Positions 25,866-32,000 of a stretch of 32,000 nt of DNA are shown here, in pieces. The stretch spans positions 270,001-302,000 of the forward strand of contig CP066689.1 in the NCBI GenBank assembly GCA_016432445.1, in the 5' to 3' direction. Source of the stretch: Candidatus Saccharimonadota bacterium. GTDB lineage: Bacteria > Patescibacteriota > Microgenomatia > UBA1406 > GWC2-37-13. Numbering within the stretch: the stretch's first letter is position 1; each line of letters begins with the position of its first letter. A model generated the notes under the pieces. That model was not told the origin of the DNA and did no database searches. It worked only from the letters and a program-made list of their open reading frames with translations. Position numbers and translations under genes: made by a program.

Positions 25866-26705
25866 TTATTTTTGACACGTGGGACAGTAGAAGGTGCTGC
25901 GTCCGCCTTGTTTAATTCTTTTGACCGTGCCTTTGCATCCTTGGCAAGGTTTTCCTTCTTTTTGATAAACTTGAGCTATGGTTTGAAAATCGCCCCGGTC
26001 TCCAAGGGGCGCAATATAAGCTTCATCTCCGGCGGTTGTGCCTTTATGTTTGATGCCGTCTTTAATGGTTTCAATAACTTTCTGGTAAAGAACTTTTACT
26101 TCTTTATAGTTCAAGTTTTTAGCAGGTTTAAATGGATTAATGCGGGCTCTGAATAAAGCTTCATTAGCGTAAATATTCCCTACGCCGGCGAGTTTATCTT
26201 GATCCATCAGGGCGATTTTTATCGGGCGAGCAGTTTTACTTATCGCTTTTGAAAAATAATCTAAAGTAAAATCAGGCGACAAAACATCCAAAGACTTAGG
26301 TTCTTCAGCTTTTTTTGCTACCTTAATCCAGCCGAACTTGCGCATATCATTAAAAAATAAGGCCGAGTTGTCGTTAAAATAAAAAATAATCCTGGTAGTT
26401 TTGCCAGGCATTTTATTAGTTGAGGAAAAAGGGATGTTAGTTTTAAAAACTGCATTATTTTTATCTTTATGAAAAAGAAGCTGTCCGGTTAGTTTAAGAT
26501 GAATGTTTATGAATAGTCCTCCGCTCAACTCAATAGCTAATATTTTTCCTGTTCGGTTAAGACCAATGACTTTTTTTCCAAGAATATCCTTTTTTTGGCC
26601 ATGGAACTGTTTTTCTTCAATTACGGAAACCTCTTTTATTGTTTTTCCAATAATATTTTTGGCAAGCGATAGACGGATAGTTTCAACTTCTGGAAGTTCG
26701 GGCAT
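25866..26705 (-). CDS. mutM: Formamidopyrimidine-DNA glycosylase
   Basis: MPELPEVETIR N-terminus (catalytic P2/E3), an H2TH region and the C-terminal zinc finger CQGC...CPTCQ. I set the start at M4 of the track ORF. Confidence 0.9.
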   Translation of the reverse strand: MPELPEVETIRLSLAKNIIGKTIKEVSVIEEKQFHGQKKDILGKKVIGLNRTGKILAIELSGGLFINIHLKLTGQLLFHKDKNNAVFKTNIPFSSTNKMPGKTTRIIFYFNDNSALFFNDMRKFGWIKVAKKAEEPKSLDVLSPDFTLDYFSKAISKTARPIKIALMDQDKLAGVGNIYANEALFRARINPFKPAKNLNYKEVKVLYQKVIETIKDGIKHKGTTAGDEAYIAPLGDRGDFQTIAQVYQKEGKPCQGCKGTVKRIKQGGRSTFYCPTCQK

Positions 26706-27813
26706 GATTAACAAAATTTAAAATTTTTTCTTTGAATTTCTCTTCAGAATATTGTTCAGCGGATTGGCGGGCGGCGTGGCTCATTTTTTGGTATTCTTCA
26801 GAAGAAAGATTTTCCAATTCTTTTATTTTTTTTATTAAACTATCTTTATTAAATTCATTAAACAAATAACCGTTTTTTCCTTCATTTACAGTTTCTTTTA
26901 AGCCGCCATCAGAATAAGCAATAACTGGTAAACCATAACCCATAGCTTCAATTGGAGCAATGCCAAACTCTTCATCAACTGCGGAAAAAAGAAAGGCTTT
27001 GGAATTTTTGTATAAATCTGCTTTTTCTTTATCGTCGACTGCTCCTAAAAGTTCAACATTTGGTCCTGCAATTGACCGCAGATATTTTTCATCACGTCCG
27101 CTGCCAACTATTTTGAGTTTAAATCCATGTTTATTGGCTGCTTCAATAAGAATATCAACGTGTTTTGCCCTTGCTAATCTTGAGACAGTCAAGTAATAAT
27201 CTCTAACATCTAAGATCGAAGATCTAAGATCTAGTTCTTGAGGTATCTCAACCGGCGGATAAATGACTTGCGCATCACGGCGGTAAAATTTTTCAACTCT
27301 TTTTTTAGTTTCTTGAGAGTTGGCAATGAAATAATCAACACGTTGAGAAGATAAATAATCCCAAAGACGAAGATTATGATTGATTAGATTACCGTAGATT
27401 TTAATAGGCCAGTATTTTTGCCACTCAACTGCGGTTTCATAATAATAAAGATAACGGGGAGGGTGATGGAGATAGCAAATGTGTAAGGTTTCCGGTCGCG
27501 TTATTATTCCTTTACACATATAGGAGCCTGAGGAAGAGATGACCAAGTCGTAATCTTTCAGGTCTAAACTTTCCCAGATCAATGGAGTTATGAAACGTAA
27601 GGGAGAATAGAGTCTTTTTAAAAATGGTACTTTTTCAGCCCAGGATGTTTTAATATTCCATCCTTCAAAATTATCCCGGTGAATTCCTAAAGTCTGCGGA
27701 TTGTAAAAAGAAGTGTAAATATCTGTTTCTGGAAAGATTTTTTTAAGAGATACTAATACTCTTTCGGCTCCCCCAAATTCCTGAAGCTGATCATGGATTA
27801 TCGCAACTTTCAT
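26683..27813 (-). CDS. Family 4 (GT-B fold) glycosyltransferase
   Basis: MKVAIIHDQLQEFGGAERVL start and EEFGIAPIEAMGYGLPVIAYSDGGLKETV, an E-x7-E motif. Confidence 0.8.
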   Translation of the reverse strand: MKVAIIHDQLQEFGGAERVLVSLKKIFPETDIYTSFYNPQTLGIHRDNFEGWNIKTSWAEKVPFLKRLYSPLRFITPLIWESLDLKDYDLVISSSGSYMCKGIITRPETLHICYLHHPPRYLYYYETAVEWQKYWPIKIYGNLINHNLRLWDYLSSQRVDYFIANSQETKKRVEKFYRRDAQVIYPPVEIPQELDLRSSILDVRDYYLTVSRLARAKHVDILIEAANKHGFKLKIVGSGRDEKYLRSIAGPNVELLGAVDDKEKADLYKNSKAFLFSAVDEEFGIAPIEAMGYGLPVIAYSDGGLKETVNEGKNGYLFNEFNKDSLIKKIKELENLSSEEYQKMSHAARQSAEQYSEEKFKEKILNFVNHARTSRS

Positions 27814-27835
27814 TGTTTATATTATACTTTAAGAT

Positions 27836-28615
27836 ATGAATGTAGTTCAGGCAATAATCTTAGGTGTAGTTGAGGGAGCGACAGAGTTTTTACCAGTATC
27901 TTCCACTTTTCATCTCATTTTTACTTCAAAATTATTAGGAATTCCTCAATCGGATTTTATCAAACTATTTGAAGTTTTTATTCAAGCCGGTGCCATTCTT
28001 TCGGTGCTTTTTCTTTACTTTAAAGATATTTGGTCAAATAAAGAACTGCTAAAAAAATTGTTATTTTCTTTTGTGCCAACTGCAGTAGTCGGGCTTCTTC
28101 TTTATAAAGTCATCAAAAATGTATTTTTTGAATCAGATTTTTTAATGTTGGGTGTGTTTGGGGGATTAGGGATATTTTTTATAGTCTTTGAGTACTTAAT
28201 AAAAAAAGATAGGATCAAACTGTCAAAAAAAATAAGTGATCTTTCAGTCGGGCAGGCTATTATTGTCGGTTTAATTCAAGCTTTAGCAATTTTACCCGGA
28301 GTCTCGCGGGCTGGAGCTGTAATGTTGGGCATGATGTTTATGCGATACAATCGCGATGAGGCAGCTAAGTACTCTTTTATGCTGGCGATTCCAACCATTT
28401 TTGCCGCTTCTTTTTATGATCTTTATAAAATGAGAGATGTGGCCTTCGCTTATTCTAATAATTTTTTAGTTTTAATAATCGGATTTGTCACAGCTTTTAT
28501 CTCTTCTTACTTTATAGTTAAGTGGTTTATTGGATTTTTAAAAAGCAACACTCTTATTCCTTTTGGAGTTTATAGGATAATTCTTGCTATAATATTACTG
28601 CTATATTTGTTTTAA
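27836..28615 (+). CDS. uppP: Undecaprenyl-diphosphate phosphatase
   Basis: ILGVVEGATEFLPVSSTFHL and LPGVSRAGAVMLG are the two conserved BacA/UppP motifs. 259 aa, 8 TM segments. Confidence 0.9.
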   Translation: MNVVQAIILGVVEGATEFLPVSSTFHLIFTSKLLGIPQSDFIKLFEVFIQAGAILSVLFLYFKDIWSNKELLKKLLFSFVPTAVVGLLLYKVIKNVFFESDFLMLGVFGGLGIFFIVFEYLIKKDRIKLSKKISDLSVGQAIIVGLIQALAILPGVSRAGAVMLGMMFMRYNRDEAAKYSFMLAIPTIFAASFYDLYKMRDVAFAYSNNFLVLIIGFVTAFISSYFIVKWFIGFLKSNTLIPFGVYRIILAIILLLYLF

Positions 28616-28617
28616 AT

Positions 28618-28689
28618 GTCCCCGTAGTTCAACGGATAGAACATGGGCTTCCGGAGCCTAGGATACGGGTTCAATTCCTGTCGGGGACA
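28618..28689 (+). tRNA. tRNA-Arg (anticodon CCG)
   Basis: Hand-folded cloverleaf: acceptor GTCCCCG/CGGGGAC, D arm GTTC/GAAC, anticodon arm TGGGC-TTCCGGA-GCCTA, T arm ACGGG-TTCAATT-CCTGT. 72 nt, no encoded CCA. Confidence 0.85.
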
Positions 28690-28762
28690 GGGCTCGTAGC
28701 TTAGTTGGTAGAGCGCCGCATTCGCATTGCGGAGATCAGGGGTTCGACTCCCCTCGAGTCCA
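28690..28762 (+). tRNA. tRNA-Ala (anticodon CGC)
   Basis: Acceptor GGGCTCG/CGAGTCC with the G3:U70 Ala identity pair, anticodon arm CCGCA-TTCGCAT-TGCGG, T arm AGGGG-TTCGACT-CCCCT. 73 nt, no encoded CCA. Confidence 0.9.
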
Positions 28763-28765
28763 CTT

Positions 28766-29320
28766 TTAGATAAATCTTGGGACGCGGTTTTTATACTTAA
28801 TATAATCTTTTCCAAAGTGTTTCTCTAAAAGTTGTTCTTCCTTCTTAACAATTTTATTAATAATTAGCAGATGGATGATCATAAGAAAGACCGCGTAACT
28901 TTTTATAGCTAGGCAGTAACCTCCAAAAACAAGCATTAATCCCAGATAAATTGGGTTACGGGAAAAAGCGAAAGGGCCGCTTTTGATGATTCTATTTTGT
29001 TCTTTTATTTCATGCTGTCCCGGCAGACCCCAGATTGATCTCATTTCCAGTTTTGCCCAGGCACTTATGAAAAATCCTAATACATAGAGTAAGATTCCTA
29101 TAATTTTAAGGACGCCATCTGCAGAAGTTTGGGGTAAAGGAAAGAAAAAGGCGCTTAAAATGGCAAAAATCAAAGAGATAAATACGATAAAAGGAGTCTT
29201 TAACCTTTCCAAGTTCAGGTGCCTTTTAATATTCCAATATCTTTTTGGCGCTGTTATGGTCCATATTATCTGGAGTATGATGATTCCTGAGGTTAATATT
29301 ATTATTAATATTTTTTGCAT
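28766..29320 (-). CDS. Isoprenylcysteine carboxyl methyltransferase (ICMT/PEMT) family membrane methyltransferase
   Basis: 184-aa ORF with 4-5 TM segments. GPFAFSRNPIYLGLMLVFGG is the NPIYLG signature of the ICMT/phospholipid methyltransferase family. Confidence 0.75.
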   Translation of the reverse strand: MQKILIIILTSGIIILQIIWTITAPKRYWNIKRHLNLERLKTPFIVFISLIFAILSAFFFPLPQTSADGVLKIIGILLYVLGFFISAWAKLEMRSIWGLPGQHEIKEQNRIIKSGPFAFSRNPIYLGLMLVFGGYCLAIKSYAVFLMIIHLLIINKIVKKEEQLLEKHFGKDYIKYKNRVPRFI

Positions 29321-29432
29321 AGATTGATTGTAGTATACATTTCTTAAGATTATTTATTTATTTCTTGACTTAAATATACAATTTTCGTACCATTGGAACA
29401 TTGTTTAACAATAACAATTCAATGGTTCCACT

Positions 29433-30110
29433 ATGACAAAAGCTGACATTAGACGAATTGCAGTTTCTCTGAGAAAAGAAGGGGAAAGTTATAGTCAAAT
29501 AAAGAAGAAAATAAAGATTAGCAAGAGTACTTTAAGTCGATGGCTAAAAGATTATCCTTTAAGTAAAGAACGGATCCGAGCATTAAGAGATAATAATCAG
29601 CAACGTATAGAAAAATTTAGGCAAACAATGCTAAAAAAAAGAGAAAAGTTATTAGCCTCTTATTATAAAGAGCAAAGGAAAAAAATTTTACCTTTATCGA
29701 AAAAAGAATTATTATTAGCTGGTCTTTTTCTTTATTGGGGGGAAGGAAATAAAGCGGTTAGACATATTATTAGTTTAAATAATACAGATCCCCAGGTAAT
29801 AAAATTTACATTAGTTTGGTTAAGGAAAATTATTAATATCCCGAAAGAAAGAATTAGAGTTTATTTACATTTATATAGTGATATGGATGTTAAAAAAGAA
29901 ATTCAATTTTGGGCGAAAACTCTAAATATGCCGGTTGGGTATTTTGATAAACCATATATAAAAAAAAGCAAGCGAATAGACTTAGATCAAAAGGGTTATG
30001 GTCATGGTACGTGTGGTTTAAGAGTGTCAAACACGGTATTAAAAGATAACATCATAATGGCAATTAAAGTAATTGCCGATTTTTATGGAGAAAAAGTTGA
30101 GGAAGTTTGA
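29433..30110 (+). CDS. HTH-domain protein with a LAGLIDADG-like homing-endonuclease-type C-terminal domain (tentative)
   Basis: The N-terminal SYSQIKKKIKISKSTLSRWLK is a resolvase-type HTH. LLLAGLFLYWGEGNK followed by IISLNNTDPQVIKFTLVWLRK ... GTCGLRVSNTVLKDNIIMAIKVI resembles the single-motif LAGLIDADG helix plus beta-sheet layout. Confidence 0.4.
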   Translation: MTKADIRRIAVSLRKEGESYSQIKKKIKISKSTLSRWLKDYPLSKERIRALRDNNQQRIEKFRQTMLKKREKLLASYYKEQRKKILPLSKKELLLAGLFLYWGEGNKAVRHIISLNNTDPQVIKFTLVWLRKIINIPKERIRVYLHLYSDMDVKKEIQFWAKTLNMPVGYFDKPYIKKSKRIDLDQKGYGHGTCGLRVSNTVLKDNIIMAIKVIADFYGEKVEEV

Positions 30111-30128
30111 TATACTTTAACGTTATGA

Positions 30129-30200
30129 GGATCTGTAGTTAAACGGTTATAACGGGACTCTTATAAAGTCCAGTAGAAGGTTCGACTCCTTCCTGATCCA
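30129..30200 (+). tRNA. tRNA-Ile (anticodon UAU)
   Basis: Acceptor GGATCTG/CTGATCC with one U-U mismatch at 6:67, D arm GTTA/TAAC, anticodon arm GGACT-CTTATAA-AGTCC (anticodon TAT at 30162-64), T arm GAAGG-TTCGACT-CCTTC. 72 nt. Confidence 0.8.
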
Positions 30201-30284
30201 CATATGCAAAGGTAGGCAAGCCCTCCGAATCGGAGGGCCAGATACGTGTTCACTTGATGAGAACTTTTAAGTAATAATTTATAA

Positions 30285-30357
30285 GCTGAGGTAGCCAAGG
30301 TGGTCACGGCGGAGGTCTGAAAAACCCCAGATGTCAGTTCGACTCTGACCCTCAGCA
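30285..30357 (+). tRNA. tRNA-Phe (anticodon GAA)
   Basis: Acceptor GCTGAGG/CCTCAGC, anticodon arm GAGGT-CTGAAAA-ACCCC with one A-C mismatch, T arm GTCAG-TTCGACT-CTGAC. 73 nt. Confidence 0.8.
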
Positions 30358-30395
30358 CCCTTCATCTCGATTACATCGAGATTCAGGGTAAACTA

Positions 30396-30641
30396 ATGAT
30401 ATATCTATACATTATTAAATGTAAGGATGGATCATTCTATACAGGTATTACATCTGATCTTGAACGAAGGATAAAAGAACATAACAGCAGAATGAAAAGT
30501 TGTTTACAAAAAAGTAAAGTTCCTGTTGAACTTGTATATTTTGAGAAGTATTCTACAAGAATAGAAGCGGCTCGGCGAGAAAAGGAAATAAAGGGCTGGA
30601 GTAGAATAAAAAAAAGAAAATTAATAAATAGTTTACACTGA
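30396..30641 (+). CDS. GIY-YIG nuclease family protein (small stand-alone URI domain)
   Basis: 81-aa ORF. IYLYIIKCKDGSFYTGITSDLERRIKEHN ... REKEIKGWSRIKK is the canonical GIY-(x10)-YTG, R, E, K.W layout. Confidence 0.85.
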   Translation: MIYLYIIKCKDGSFYTGITSDLERRIKEHNSRMKSCLQKSKVPVELVYFEKYSTRIEAARREKEIKGWSRIKKRKLINSLH

Positions 30642-30674
30642 GGAGCACATTTATCCTTTTCAGTGCTACGAAGT

Positions 30675-30746
30675 GCGGTGGTAGTTCAGCGGTAGAATGT
30701 CTCCTTGCCAAGGAGAAGGTCAGGGGTTCAAATCCCCTCCACCGCT
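30675..30746 (+). tRNA. tRNA-Gly (anticodon GCC)
   Basis: Acceptor GCGGTGG/CCACCGC, D arm GTTC-AGCGGTA-GAAT, anticodon arm TCTCC-TTGCCAA-GGAGA, T arm AGGGG-TTCAAAT-CCCCT. 72 nt. Confidence 0.9.
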
Positions 30747-30751
30747 CTTAC

Positions 30752-30894
30752 AGTTCAGCGGTAGAATGCCCCGCCAAAGGCGGGAAGGTCGCCGGTTTCC
30801 CGCTTCACTTATGTTTTGCGGGACTAACTGTCCGTAATACACCCGCTTCGCGGATCGTAAACGGACAGTTGAGCAAATCCCCTATGCCGCTCCA
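30752..30894 (+). other. tRNA-Gly-derived tRNA-like element with an 83-nt structured insertion (pseudogene or novel RNA)
   Basis: It repeats the tRNA-Gly D arm exactly: 17 nt AGTTCAGCGGTAGAATG at 30752-68 versus 30683-99. It also repeats GAAGGTC (30784-90) and CAAATCCCCT (30874-83), then ends CCGCT-CCA (30887-94). It has no 5' acceptor strand. The insertion 30791-30873 folds into TCCCGC/GCGGGA and the 10-bp AACTGTCCGT/ACGGACAGTT hairpins. Confidence 0.45.
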
Positions 30895-30914
30895 ATTGAC
30901 TTTATATACAGAAA

Positions 30915-31223
30915 ATGACAATACGTTTTCTATATTCTACATTAAGTATAATATTAATTATGAGAGGAGCTTTATTAGCTATTTTTATAGCGTTAGTTCT
31001 AACAGCATTTTCTTACTTTGTTAATAATAACGGTACATGTTGTGATCAGATATTTCAAGCAGGATGGCCTTTTCCATTTTACGGAGGTAGTGGAGGTTTC
31101 ATGGGAATACAAGAAGATAAGTTGATTGTGAGTGGTCTTGTGTTAGATGTTATCTTCTGGTTTGTAATATCTATAATCCTAATATTAGCGTTAACATATA
31201 AGAAAAATAAAACGCCAGCTTGA
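30915..31223 (+). CDS. Hypothetical small membrane protein (2 TM)
   Basis: 102-aa ORF with two hydrophobic helices flanking GWPFPFYGGSGGFMG. No family recognised. Confidence 0.4.
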   Translation: MTIRFLYSTLSIILIMRGALLAIFIALVLTAFSYFVNNNGTCCDQIFQAGWPFPFYGGSGGFMGIQEDKLIVSGLVLDVIFWFVISIILILALTYKKNKTPA

Positions 31224-31248
31224 CAGTGTTTTCTTAAATTGATAGAAT
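31220..31248 (+). promoter_or_regulatory. Consensus sigma70-type promoter: TTGACA, 17 nt, TGaTAGAAT
   Basis: TTGACA lies at 31220-25 and overlaps the upstream stop codon. The 17-nt spacer ends in TGA, and TAGAAT lies at 31243-48. The ATG at 31259 is only 10 nt downstream, implying a leader of 3-4 nt. Confidence 0.65.
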
Positions 31249-31258
31249 CCTTAAATTC

Positions 31259-31981
31259 ATGTCAGCTGAAGCAAGAAGAGTTTTAATCAGTACCGATATC
31301 GATGGAATTCAGGAACATGCTCCTTTTCCTTTTGGGACATTCAAAGATGCTATTTTAAAAGGGCAAATTAAAATCCCAGGTTCAGACAGCGAACGTGTGC
31401 CGTCTTCTAACCCAACAGGATTAATAGGTATAGCTTTGATGGGATTTAAAACTTTATTCCATGAAATTAGACCAGATGATAAAAGAGGGAATGAAGGATT
31501 AATTAATACCTGCACTTTATTTCAAGAAAGAGGAGCAGAAACAAAAGTAGTGGCATTATCTGGAAGAGAATCGTTTATTCATGAGATGACTATTCGTAAA
31601 CTTAAAAAATCTAGAATAGGTGGATTGGTTTCAGAATTTCATTTAAGTGATGAGAAGAGTTCTTCAAAATTCAAAGTAAGAAGGTTTAAAAAATTTATGA
31701 AAGAAGATCAGGAACAGATCCTTATCCATTTTGAGGATGATCCGAAGGCTGCCGAGGCTATTGCCCGATTGGGAATTGAGGAGGCTCAAAGAACAGGTCA
31801 ATCCAATAGAGTTTGGGTAGTGATGAAAGAAACTTTGTCTTCAAGCGTGTGGGTTCTTAAGCGGGGAAAACTTGAACTTTCCCCAAATGTTATTAGAAAA
31901 CGTGATTTACGAAAAGTACCGGAAGAATTTAAACAAATTATTGCCAGCGGACAAATGCAACTGTTAAAAGCAGCCGTTTAA
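31259..31981 (+). CDS. HAD-superfamily phosphatase-like protein (tentative)
   Basis: 240-aa ORF. VLISTDIDGI fits the hhhDxDG motif I, VVALSGRE fits the S/T-G-R motif II as in PNK-type 3'-phosphatases, and IHFEDDPKAA fits an acidic motif IV. The motif order is right but the similarity is weak. Confidence 0.4.
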   Translation: MSAEARRVLISTDIDGIQEHAPFPFGTFKDAILKGQIKIPGSDSERVPSSNPTGLIGIALMGFKTLFHEIRPDDKRGNEGLINTCTLFQERGAETKVVALSGRESFIHEMTIRKLKKSRIGGLVSEFHLSDEKSSSKFKVRRFKKFMKEDQEQILIHFEDDPKAAEAIARLGIEEAQRTGQSNRVWVVMKETLSSSVWVLKRGKLELSPNVIRKRDLRKVPEEFKQIIASGQMQLLKAAV

Positions 31982-32000
31982 TTTTTACTTTTAAATTGTT

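Noticed and set aside
28612-28815. 67-aa ORF on the minus strand; 30161-30358(-) is a similar case
   Set aside because: Both are antisense to well-folding tRNA genes (Arg/Ala and Ile/Phe). They are artefacts of the G+C-rich tRNA sequence.
30892-30894. Encoded CCA after the tRNA-like element taken as proof of a functional tRNA
   Set aside because: There is no 5' acceptor strand to pair with ATGCCGC, and a 3-nt match is expected by chance. I noted it within the finding but did not use it to call a tRNA gene.
1-32000. Search for CRISPR arrays, IS elements, transposases, integrases, rRNA or prophage structural genes
   Set aside because: I found no regularly spaced direct repeats, no terminal inverted repeats flanking an ORF, and no recombinase-like ORF in the six-frame track. 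The only tandem repeat is the 4 x 7-nt array at 17005-17032.

Overview
AT-rich, very gene-dense bacterial window. My hand counts of sample 60-nt lines give about 27-33% G+C. It uses the standard genetic code and has almost no Shine-Dalgarno sequences. The gene content and style resemble a CPR/Patescibacteria-type genome, but that is inference only. Positions 1-27.8 kb form one large envelope-glycosylation locus: 12 polytopic membrane proteins, most with ArnT/PMT (GT39-like), DUF2079-like or PTPS-related GT-C signatures, plus five GT2 and two GT4 glycosyltransferases, a Wzx-type flippase, a SAM methyltransferase and, at the edge, uppP. mutM is embedded in the locus. Positions 28.6-30.9 kb form a tRNA island (Arg-CCG, Ala-CGC, Ile-UAU, Phe-GAA, Gly-GCC) interleaved with an ICMT-family methyltransferase, an HTH/LAGLIDADG-like protein and a GIY-YIG nuclease. 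A tRNA-Gly-derived tRNA-like element with an 83-nt structured insertion follows tRNA-Gly. The most unusual region is 20054-21321, a compositionally foreign insert (about 47-52% G+C in lines I counted) that splits the glycosyltransferase operon. It carries an RHH (BrnA/CopG-like) gene with palindromic operators, and a near-consensus extended -10 promoter driving a small CxxCxGxG zinc-ribbon protein that has a canonical Shine-Dalgarno site. Downstream lies about 400 nt of ORF-free, highly self-complementary RNA closed by a strong intrinsic terminator. I could not match that RNA to any family I know. A second GC-rich 130-nt element (16904-17033) combines four tandem heptads with pseudoknot-compatible helices. 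Operon-leading genes look leaderless or nearly so, with a -10 box 6-11 nt upstream of the ATG. No CRISPR array, transposase, integrase or rRNA was seen.
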